DNA from: Methanothermus fervidus DSM 2088
GTDB lineage: Archaea > Methanobacteriota > Methanobacteria > DSM-2088 > Methanothermaceae
DNA length: 32,000 bases
Reading direction: 5' to 3'
NCBI GenBank assembly: GCA_000166095.1
Contig: CP002278.1
Location: forward strand, 690,001-722,000
In this document: piece by piece, positions 9,723-16,953 of the stretch
Layout of the letters: every line of letters begins with the position of its first letter
How positions within the stretch are numbered: the first letter of the stretch is position 1
Notes under the pieces: generated by a model
Database searches by the model: none
What the model was told of the DNA's origin: nothing
Seen by the model: the letters and a program-made list of their open reading frames with translations, nothing else
Position numbers and translations under genes: made by a program

Positions 9723-9732
9723 TTATATAAAA
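9723..9732. promoter_or_regulatory. Near-palindromic TATA element (TTATATAAAA) shared by the divergent HAD-like gene and mbf1
   Basis: It is the only TATA-like element in the divergent gap. It lies about 41-50 bp upstream of mbf1 ATG 9773 and about 55-64 bp upstream of ATG 9668. Confidence 0.4.
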
Positions 9733-9772
9733 AATATTTTAAGCAAGGTGAAGAGTAAAAATAGGTGTTTAG

Positions 9773-10228
9773 ATGAGATGTGAGATATGTGGCAAAAAAA
9801 TATTTGGAAGACCTTTAACGATAAAAATAGAAGGAAGTGAGATGAGAGTTTGTAAAGATTGTTCAAAATTTGGAGAAATTCAAAGAAGAAAAAAGATTAG
9901 AAAGAGAGTTGTAAGAAGGCGTGTACCACGTTTTAAAGAACCAAGCTATGATATAGTAGAAAATTATGGAAAAATTGTAAGAGAAGCTAGAGAAGAGAGA
10001 AACTGGAGTAGAGAAGACCTTGCAAAAAAAATAAATGAAAAAGTTTCGGTTGTAGGTAGAATTGAAACTGAAAAAATGGTACCTGACATCAATTTAGCAC
10101 GTAAATTAGAAAAGACATTAAATATAAAATTATTAGAAAAGTTGCAGGAGGAAGAAGAACTATCATCAACATCTTATAGTACAGGTGAACTTACAATAGG
10201 GGATATAGCAAAAATAAGAAAAAAATAA
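9773..10228 (+). CDS. mbf1: Archaeal multiprotein bridging factor 1 (N-terminal Zn-ribbon plus C-terminal HTH)
   Basis: MRCEICGKK...CKDCSKFG forms a zinc ribbon. A basic linker follows, then an XRE-type HTH (REERNWSREDLAKKINEKVSVVGRIE). Confidence 0.85.
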   Translation: MRCEICGKKIFGRPLTIKIEGSEMRVCKDCSKFGEIQRRKKIRKRVVRRRVPRFKEPSYDIVENYGKIVREAREERNWSREDLAKKINEKVSVVGRIETEKMVPDINLARKLEKTLNIKLLEKLQEEEELSSTSYSTGELTIGDIAKIRKK

Positions 10229-10242
10229 ATTTCGGGGTTTAA

Positions 10243-10662
10243 ATGCATGATAGACTTTTTATTATAAATATTTTTTCAGTTGGATTTGGAGGTTTCATTG
10301 GTTCTTGTCTTCGTTATTTAATCTCTATTTATCTTTCAAGAATCCCTTGTCAAATTCCTTTAGGAACATTAACTGTTAATGTAATTGGAGGATTTTTAAT
10401 TGGTTTGTTCATGGAATTAAGTTTAAGTACGGCCTTGATACCTCCAAATTTAAGACTTTTCATTGTTACAGGAATTTTAGGTGGATTGACAACATTTTCA
10501 ACTTTTAGTTATGAAACCATGTCTCTTTTTTCTGAAGGTGCATATATTTCTGCATTGCTAAATGTTTCACTGAATTTGTTTTTAAGTCTTTTTGCAGTTA
10601 TTTTAGGGAGATTAATTTTAAAATTGCTTTTTAAATTAGGAGGTATATTTATTGGAAAATAA
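10243..10662 (+). CDS. crcB: Fluoride ion channel CrcB/FluC
   Basis: Four-helix, 139-aa protein with GGFIGSCLRY and GILGGLTTFSTFSYE motifs. Confidence 0.85.
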   Translation: MHDRLFIINIFSVGFGGFIGSCLRYLISIYLSRIPCQIPLGTLTVNVIGGFLIGLFMELSLSTALIPPNLRLFIVTGILGGLTTFSTFSYETMSLFSEGAYISALLNVSLNLFLSLFAVILGRLILKLLFKLGGIFIGK

Positions 10663-10990
10663 AAAAACTTTAAAAAATAAAGCTAAACTTCTAAAAATTT
10701 ATATTGGGGAATCAGACCGCTATAAAGCTGAAAATTTGTATAGAGCCATTGTTAAAAAAGCCAAAGAATTTGGACTCAGTGGAGCAACTGTGTTAAGAGG
10801 TATAGAAGGATTTGGATTGCATAGTGACTATCGTTCATCATTAATTGAAGTATTGTCTGCAGATCTCCCCATTGTTATTGAAATTATTGAAGAAGAAGAG
10901 AAAATTAAAAAATTTCTTAAAAAAATTTCTCCAATGATAAACCAAGGGTTAATTGTAATGTGCGACGTAGAAGTCATTAAACATGTGTAA
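10652..10990 (+). CDS. DUF190/UPF0166 PII-like protein, commonly linked to crcB
   Basis: KLLKIYIGESDRYKAENLYRAIVKKAKEFGLSGATVLRGIEGFG. It overlaps crcB by 11 nt. Confidence 0.75.
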   Translation: MENKKTLKNKAKLLKIYIGESDRYKAENLYRAIVKKAKEFGLSGATVLRGIEGFGLHSDYRSSLIEVLSADLPIVIEIIEEEEKIKKFLKKISPMINQGLIVMCDVEVIKHV

Positions 10991-11019
10991 AAAGAAAATA
11001 AAAAAGGAAAAGGAGTTAT

Positions 11020-12072
11020 TTATTTCTTTTCTTTTTCTAAGTATTTAAATACAGTAGGTAGAATTTCTGATAAATCACCGAAATTCATGGAGTCTGCAGT
11101 TCCAAGCAATGCCTTAGGATCTAATTTTTCTTCCATTTTATCTATTCCAACTTTCTCCATAAGGTTTGTTAATTGTTCAAGAGATTCTTTTGCCATCATT
11201 TGTGCAAAATCTGCAGGTGCTCCTAAGATATTCATTACGGAATTTCTGTATGATAATATTCCTGCATAGGTTATAGCAGTCAATGCTGAACACATGTCAC
11301 ATACAGGACCTAACAATTCTGCAGGTAGTTTAAATGCATTTCCACGAGCTTTTTTGGCTATATCATAAAGTGTTTTAATAGCATCTTCATGTGCATATCC
11401 TTCTGCTATAAAAACTTGACCTTTCATTTCAGGCACTGCACCTGGGTGATATGAAGTAATATTTAATCCTGCTGCTTTTCGTGGAGTTACCATATCGCTA
11501 CCACAGCATTCTTCAAATATTTTGTAAAATTTAGTTGTTGGTATAGTACATGCGTGAGTTACTATTGCACCATCTTTAATGCTGTCTGCAAATTTTGGAA
11601 TTATCTTCTCTTGAACATTTCCTTTTGGTAACCATGTCATTACAAAATCTGCATCTTCTACTGCTTCAACATCATCTGTTGTAACTTCAAATCCAAGATC
11701 TTCAGGATGTACAAAATGTATTGCACCTTTAGGTGGTTTTGGTACTTCTTTTGCTACTTCATTTACCTTTTCCCTAATTTTAGGCATTATTTTTTCAGGA
11801 TCATCTTTATGAGCTTCTATAACTTCTTCAGGGTCAAAATCATCGATTACTGTAAATTCATTGTCAAATACAGGGTCTGATATAACTATGTCTTTGATAC
11901 CACATAGTTCCATTAATTCTGCTCCCATAGTTATAGTAGAATGTGTCAGAGCAATTTCAGGTTTTCCAACTTCTTCTGCAACTTCACAAGCTCTTGCAAA
12001 ATTTGTTATTCCACTTGCGGCATGTGTTCTATAACATCCGGCTCCTAATATTGCAACTTTTTTTATTTCCAT
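11020..12072 (-). CDS. hmd: H2-forming methylene-tetrahydromethanopterin dehydrogenase ([Fe]-hydrogenase)
   Basis: 350 aa. The N-terminus KVAILGAGCYRTHAASGITNFARACEVAEEVGKPEIALTHS and later motifs (VTHACTIPTTKF, TSYHPGAVPEMKGQ, GPVCDMCSA) match Hmd as I recall it. SD GAGGTG lies 5 nt upstream. Confidence 0.9.
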   Translation of the reverse strand: MEIKKVAILGAGCYRTHAASGITNFARACEVAEEVGKPEIALTHSTITMGAELMELCGIKDIVISDPVFDNEFTVIDDFDPEEVIEAHKDDPEKIMPKIREKVNEVAKEVPKPPKGAIHFVHPEDLGFEVTTDDVEAVEDADFVMTWLPKGNVQEKIIPKFADSIKDGAIVTHACTIPTTKFYKIFEECCGSDMVTPRKAAGLNITSYHPGAVPEMKGQVFIAEGYAHEDAIKTLYDIAKKARGNAFKLPAELLGPVCDMCSALTAITYAGILSYRNSVMNILGAPADFAQMMAKESLEQLTNLMEKVGIDKMEEKLDPKALLGTADSMNFGDLSEILPTVFKYLEKEKK

Positions 12073-12260
12073 TTCAACACCTCACTCTTAATTGGATTAC
12101 CCCTTGCATAAGCAAGGAGCCTTGTGTTTACAAATTCACAACTCAATAAGCTATCAGGGTCCAAATGACCCCTCATCAACATTCCGAAATTCTCCGTGCT
12201 TCAGTATAAAACAAAAGTGTTGCCGTAATATTACTTCCCCAAAATTTTAATATATACTTT
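12073..12260 (-). promoter_or_regulatory. Long G+C-enriched 5' leader of hmd with stable hairpins and a 39-codon uORF
   Basis: No TATA-like element lies within ~170 nt of the ATG. Hairpins occur at 12100-12119 (8 bp in the minus-sense RNA) and 12157-12171. The uORF at 12063-12182 ends across the hmd start codon. Confidence 0.45.
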
Positions 12261-12285
12261 TCCACTTAAAAAAAAATCGAAAAAG

Positions 12286-12297
12286 TTTTATATAAAA
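12286..12297 (-). promoter_or_regulatory. Candidate hmd TATA box (palindromic TTTTATATAAAA); a second candidate lies at 12247-12257
   Basis: It matches the methanogen TATA consensus by eye. Its position implies a 150-190 nt leader. No TSS data are available. Confidence 0.35.
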
Positions 12298-12338
12298 GAG
12301 TAGTTGATGAAATTCAAAAAAGCCTAAAATTAAATTTT

Positions 12339-13865
12339 TTAGATTAATGCAACACTTTCTGGCAATTTTTTAGTTAATTTTCTGACTACTCCAGGAATTG
12401 TTGAAGAAATTATTGTAGCATCAGATTCATTATAGGCTTCTTTATCATTAGAATGAGCCCTATGCACATCTGCTTTAATTTCAGACCTTAAATTTTCTAC
12501 AGTTATTTTTTCGACCCATGGATCTACATCACTAATTAAAATTTGATCTACATACTTATCTAATTTCTTTGCTAAAACCCAAGCAATGAATCTTCCACCT
12601 AATAATGCAACTTTTTCACCTATCAAACCATTTTCTGCCATTTTAACTATATCATCAACAGTTTTATTCACATGAAGTTTTTCATAAAGAGGTGTCAATG
12701 AGACGCAAACCCAGTGAGCATCTCCAACTGTTGTATATCCTATTTTATTTGGATAAATATTCTCTTTCCCAATTACTTTGACGGATTTTGTAAGGGCAAT
12801 CAATTCGTCTTTTTGGATAGGCGCTCTTGTAAGTCCATTTTTAACTTCTTCTTTAATTATCTTTATTACTCGTGGCATTCCAAAATTACCTCTTCTGGCA
12901 GTTCCAGGAGAATAACCACACATGTATCCGTGATGATTTTTCGGGAATCCAGTAATTATTGCATTTAATCCAGATCTTAAACCAATGCGACATTCGTCTT
13001 CATACGCACCATTGGTACCAACAACTTTTCCTGGAGCTAATATTCTTGCACATGTAATTGCTCTAGCAAATGCATCCAACCTATCTTTCGCTTGATTAAA
13101 TGGACCTCCCTCAATTACAAATACATCCACTCCTATTTCCAATGCTGCTTCAAAAGCTTTTATTAAGTCTTCATAACCATCTCCGACGCACATGATGGCT
13201 TCAAGGCCTCTTCCATATTTTTTAGTAAGTTTAGCAACTTCTATAGCTTCATCTAATGGAGCTGCATGAGCTTCTCCACCTTGAACAGATATTAAATTAA
13301 TTGCAACTGAAGATGCAAGTTTTATCCATTCATCTCTTTCTTTTATACCTTTCTTTTCTTTTTCTAACAATCTTTTATGAATTCTACCTCGAGGACATTC
13401 CTTAAAAGGTGGGCCCTCATAATAACATTGACCCCAACATCTAGTTATATCACTGGGAAATCTCATTGGTCCATATTTACCAAAATGATCTATATCTAGT
13501 GGAACATCTACCAATTCTCTTACTTCTTTTACGAGATCTACACCACGCATGCCATAATTCTCAGCAATGTCTGCAAAAGCATATGCACAAACATGAATAG
13601 ATGCTCCCAGCATGTCTGCAACAATACAATTGCCTAAAAGATCTATTTTTTTAATATCTGATGCGCATGCACCTACCAATATTTCGGTGAGATCACAACC
13701 TATTGGAAATCTTTTAAAATTTTTCCCAAGTTGCATTGTTTCTTCTCTACTGAGATCAGAAACGGCGTCTACTATCTCTTCAGGAGTTTTTTTCATTTTT
13801 GCTAATTCCCAGGCAGCATCTAAATTATTTACAGCTTCTTTAACTATATCATGCATTAGCATCAT
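12339..13865 (-). CDS. Conserved Cys-rich methanogen protein, function unknown; candidate hmd-co-occurring maturase (HcgG/HmdC-like) or Flp-associated protein
   Basis: 508-aa ORF between the flp module and hmd. There are many Cys residues, including CWGQCYYEGPPFKEC. The C-terminal ~100 aa look Rossmann/fibrillarin-like (GEKVALLGGRFIAWVLAKKL...ISDVDP). The functional call is from gene context and memory only. Confidence 0.4.
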   Translation of the reverse strand: MMLMHDIVKEAVNNLDAAWELAKMKKTPEEIVDAVSDLSREETMQLGKNFKRFPIGCDLTEILVGACASDIKKIDLLGNCIVADMLGASIHVCAYAFADIAENYGMRGVDLVKEVRELVDVPLDIDHFGKYGPMRFPSDITRCWGQCYYEGPPFKECPRGRIHKRLLEKEKKGIKERDEWIKLASSVAINLISVQGGEAHAAPLDEAIEVAKLTKKYGRGLEAIMCVGDGYEDLIKAFEAALEIGVDVFVIEGGPFNQAKDRLDAFARAITCARILAPGKVVGTNGAYEDECRIGLRSGLNAIITGFPKNHHGYMCGYSPGTARRGNFGMPRVIKIIKEEVKNGLTRAPIQKDELIALTKSVKVIGKENIYPNKIGYTTVGDAHWVCVSLTPLYEKLHVNKTVDDIVKMAENGLIGEKVALLGGRFIAWVLAKKLDKYVDQILISDVDPWVEKITVENLRSEIKADVHRAHSNDKEAYNESDATIISSTIPGVVRKLTKKLPESVALI

Positions 13866-13960
13866 CCCTTTCTTACGCTTGTATAAAAAATTTATGAGAA
13901 TTAGTAGAGATATAATTTATCTAATAAAAAAAGAATCAAAAAAGAAAAAGAATAAAAGAA

Positions 13961-14386
13961 TTATTTAAAATTTAAAAAATTAACTGTTTTTTTAATGGGC
14001 CCTAATTCTTTCAAAGTTTCTGTAAATTCTGTTATAGTTTTTTGGAATTTTTCACCTTCTGATGCTGAAATCCATTCATATTTAAATCTTTCTTTTTCGA
14101 TCCCTAGCTCTGGTAAAATCATTTTTAATAATTCTGCTCTTCTACGCCATTTGTAATTTCCTGAATCATAATGGCAATCTCCAAGATGACATCCACCAAC
14201 AAATACACCATCAGCTCCTTCTCTAAATGCCTTCAACACATGTGATGGATTTATTCTCCCTGAACACATAACCCTAATTATCCTCACATTTGGGGGATAT
14301 TGCATTCTTGCAGTACCTGCTGCATCTGCCCCCCCATAAGTACACCAATTACAACAAAATCCAACAATTTTTGGTTCAAATGCCAT
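13961..14386 (-). CDS. MvhD-family [2Fe-2S] protein, second paralogue (FlpD-like), last gene of the flp module
   Basis: [44 protein letters not shown]...[10 protein letters not shown] is collinear with MvhD at 16954-17376. SD GGTGGTG lies upstream. Confidence 0.85.
   Translation of the reverse strand: MAFEPKIVGFCCNWCTYGGADAAGTARMQYPPNVRIIRVMCSGRINPSHVLKAFREGADGVFVGGCHLGDCHYDSGNYKWRRRAELLKMILPELGIEKERFKYEWISASEGEKFQKTITEFTETLKELGPIKKTVNFLNFK
14255..14314. repeat. Left arm of a perfect 60-bp inverted repeat (partner 17026-17085), inside the mvhD paralogue
   Basis: The reverse complement of 14255-14314 equals 17026-17085 exactly (codons 25-44 of both genes). Confidence 0.9.
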
Positions 14387-14397
14387 TTACACCACCT

Positions 14398-15540
14398 TCA
14401 TATTTTTTCTGGACTATACATTGGAGGTAATTCTTCATCTACACCAGGAACAAAACCTGTTTCTTTACGATATTTTTCTTGAATTTTATGGAACAACCTT
14501 GCAACTGGAATATCCATAGGACAAACATCTTCACATTGTCCACAATTTATACAACTGAAGCCCATATGCCATAGGCGAATTCCATGAAAAGTAAGTGGAT
14601 TTGGTGGAACATTTTCAGGTTCTTTATACCATTCTTTTTCTAATTCACATTCCTCACAGAAACAGATAGGACAAGCATCCCTACATGCATAACATTTTAT
14701 ACATCTCTTGAAATATTTTTCCCAATCTTCTAATTTTGGATATTCTTTGTCTAAGTATTTTTCTTTGAAATTTTTGGCCATTTTTATCATTGATTTTTCA
14801 ATTTTTGATCTTATAGTAATTGCTTTATCACTTGGTGATTTTACCTCAATAAAACCATCGTTGATCGCATTTTCAACAAGTTTTTTACCTTTTTCTGTTA
14901 CAACCTCTATAAATGTCCAACCTTCATCTGCACCCCAATTTCCACATGCTACATCAGCATTTCTTGGAATCATCATTTCGCATCTCTGACACATGTCTCT
15001 TCTTCCATATCCTTTCTCTTCGAGATCATCTATGCTTATTTCTTTGTGTGAACCATCCTTTAATTCTATTATAAATTTACCTCTAGCAATTTCTTCTTTT
15101 ATCACATCGTCGGGGTCAACTTTATAAAATAGTTTTATCATTTCTCTTGCAGGAATTGGTCTCAATGTTCCTCCACAATTTAGTCCAATTAAATACAATT
15201 CATTTTCTATTTGCTTTCTTTTCTGTAATTCTTTTATTGCCATTGCATCACAGGGCTTTACAGAAACTGCTAATTTCAAGTCTTGTAAATATTTTGAAAT
15301 TAAATCTGCAAACATTGTTGGTGCACAATGTAAAGAACCACTAATTTTTGTAAGCTCTTTTGGATCTGTAATGAGAGTAGGTATTCCATCATAGATGTCC
15401 TTTCCCTTCCTTAATCCTAGAACACCATCAACAATTTCATTTTCTAGAAGATATTTGAATAATGCAGTTACAGCCCCACCGCATTCTCCAGCTTTTCTAA
15501 TTTCATTATCTTTTGCCCTTGCCAAATAATATTTTGTCAT
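14398..15540 (-). CDS. FdhB/FrhB-family F420-interacting flavo-iron-sulfur subunit (FlpB-like)
   Basis: FrhB/FdhB-type N- and C-terminal regions are present ([41 protein letters not shown]), plus two C-terminal ferredoxin motifs ([24 protein letters not shown]). ATG 15540 is preferred over the TTG at 15549. Confidence 0.8.
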   Translation of the reverse strand: MTKYYLARAKDNEIRKAGECGGAVTALFKYLLENEIVDGVLGLRKGKDIYDGIPTLITDPKELTKISGSLHCAPTMFADLISKYLQDLKLAVSVKPCDAMAIKELQKRKQIENELYLIGLNCGGTLRPIPAREMIKLFYKVDPDDVIKEEIARGKFIIELKDGSHKEISIDDLEEKGYGRRDMCQRCEMMIPRNADVACGNWGADEGWTFIEVVTEKGKKLVENAINDGFIEVKSPSDKAITIRSKIEKSMIKMAKNFKEKYLDKEYPKLEDWEKYFKRCIKCYACRDACPICFCEECELEKEWYKEPENVPPNPLTFHGIRLWHMGFSCINCGQCEDVCPMDIPVARLFHKIQEKYRKETGFVPGVDEELPPMYSPEKI

Positions 15541-15555
15541 TTCAAACAACCCCTT

Positions 15556-16578
15556 CTAAATAAATTTTTTCATGATCTCTTCATCATCTAAAACTGTTTC
15601 TGGTTTTTCAATAATTTTTGAAAATTTTTGAGTATATCCAAAGCTATTTGTAAAAGTTCCATTTTTTTCTAACCAACAAGAAGTAGGAAGTACAAGGTCT
15701 GCAACTTCAGAAGTTTTATTTTTTTCAACTGTCTGTACGACAAGAAAATCAACATCAATAGATTCTAAACATTCCAATTCTAGAGGATCTGCATGCATTA
15801 CCCAAAGTAATTCAATTTCTTCTATAAATTTTTTTAATTGTTCATCAGTTAATGGATCAATGAATTCCATCACGCCTCTTGCATTACATTCTTTAAAAAC
15901 TGGTGAAAAATCAGCGCCAGAATTTACAATTTTTTTAATATCATTTTCGTTTTCAAGTTTATTGAAAAGTATTAAGCAGGAATCATTGCACTCAAACTTT
16001 TCTAATTCTTCTAAAGATTTACCATGTTTATCTGCATTAAACATCGTTCTACTTTTTTCTCCAATGTAGATTATTTCAGCGCCATTATCTTGCGCATGTA
16101 AAACACGACGGCCTAATAAAGGATTTTCGTTTAAAATGTCTCCAATAAGTATAATTTTTTTATAATTCTCTATGTCTTTTATATTAATTGAGGGATATTC
16201 CTGCTTAGGTATGTTATATGTATAAAATCCTGCTTTTGCATCTATTTTTTCAGATAATTTTTTCAATGTTTCAGCTTCTTCATTACTTAATCTACCAGAT
16301 GCTAAAATTCCTATTTTGTCTTTTTCATTTATTTTTTCAGATAATAGATTAAATGCGTCGTCCCAAGATATCTCAGATTTTTTAGTTTTTGGATGCTTAA
16401 TTCTGTTCTCTACAATTTTGTATGAATCTCTTCCATTTTTACAATTTTTTCCTTCATTTATTGGATGTCTTTTGTAAGGGTAGATGCCTTTTGGTACTCC
16501 ATCAATACATATTATATTTAAACCACAACCTACTCCACAGGATGGGCAAATTGTGTGTTCTACAATGAATTTTTCCAT
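15556..16578 (-). CDS. Truncated FdhA-like molybdopterin-oxidoreductase-family subunit lacking the catalytic Cys/Sec segment (FlpA-like)
   Basis: The N-terminal CPSCGVGCG...C [4Fe-4S] motif, Rossmann-like segments and ADLVLPTSCWLEKNGTFTN are present. The protein is only 340 aa, has no ...CARxCH-type active-site stretch and lacks the C-terminal domain. ATG 16578 has GAGGTG 6 nt upstream. Confidence 0.75.
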   Translation of the reverse strand: MEKFIVEHTICPSCGVGCGLNIICIDGVPKGIYPYKRHPINEGKNCKNGRDSYKIVENRIKHPKTKKSEISWDDAFNLLSEKINEKDKIGILASGRLSNEEAETLKKLSEKIDAKAGFYTYNIPKQEYPSINIKDIENYKKIILIGDILNENPLLGRRVLHAQDNGAEIIYIGEKSRTMFNADKHGKSLEELEKFECNDSCLILFNKLENENDIKKIVNSGADFSPVFKECNARGVMEFIDPLTDEQLKKFIEEIELLWVMHADPLELECLESIDVDFLVVQTVEKNKTSEVADLVLPTSCWLEKNGTFTNSFGYTQKFSKIIEKPETVLDDEEIMKKFI

Positions 16579-16891
16579 ATATAACACCTCATAACCTTTT
16601 AATTCGATAAAAGAAACTCATTTTTTCCTTGGATTCCGCAATCTGTATTGATCATTGTTCACACAACAACATATCATTTTATTAATTTCTTAAAAAAATT
16701 GTGAATGGTATCACTAATATATATAATTTTCGGAATCTAAAAACGAGTTATTTTTGGTATTAATAACTAAAACTTATGGAATTATTATCATATCAGTATT
16801 AAATTTATTTTAAAAAATCTTAACGGTTATTACAAAATGATAAATTAGTATTCACAAATATAAGCCTTTCTCTTTTGATTTACGAGTAAAG

Positions 16892-16899
16892 TTTATATG
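16892..16899 (+). promoter_or_regulatory. Candidate mvh operon TATA box (TTTATATG)
   Basis: It lies about 55-62 bp upstream of mvhD ATG 16954, leaving a ~30-nt leader containing SD GGGAGG. Confidence 0.45.
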
Positions 16900-16953
16900 T
16901 AATGCTTTAGATCTAAATATTAAGCTAAAACATTAGTTTTGGGAGGAATAAGT

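Noticed and set aside
10229-10242. Fluoride riboswitch upstream of crcB
   Set aside because: The 14-bp gap cannot hold the ~50-70 nt motif, and nothing resembling it is visible upstream of mbf1 either.
12090-12240. G+C-enriched intergenic block considered as a tRNA or other stand-alone ncRNA gene
   Set aside because: No cloverleaf can be drawn. The GGGTC-N5-GACCC hairpin has a 5-nt loop rather than a 7-nt T-loop, and there is no acceptor or anticodon arrangement. The block is too short and too AT-rich for SRP or RNase P RNA. I kept it as an hmd leader instead.
15556-16578. The truncated FdhA-like gene considered as a pseudogene
   Set aside because: The reading frame is intact, with a strong SD and a retained Fe-S motif. 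The next gene starts 16 nt after its stop, so no frameshifted remnant of the missing C-terminal half exists.
12181-16736. Shared TTTCGGAAT motif in the hmd leader (minus sense, 12181-12189) and the flp/mvh intergenic region (plus, 16727-16735), considered as a common regulator site
   Set aside because: There are only two copies of the 9-mer, in different orientations relative to their genes. The core hexamer CGGAAT/ATTCCG also occurs in coding regions (for example near 8593, 17577 and 20371). This is not distinguishable from chance by eye.
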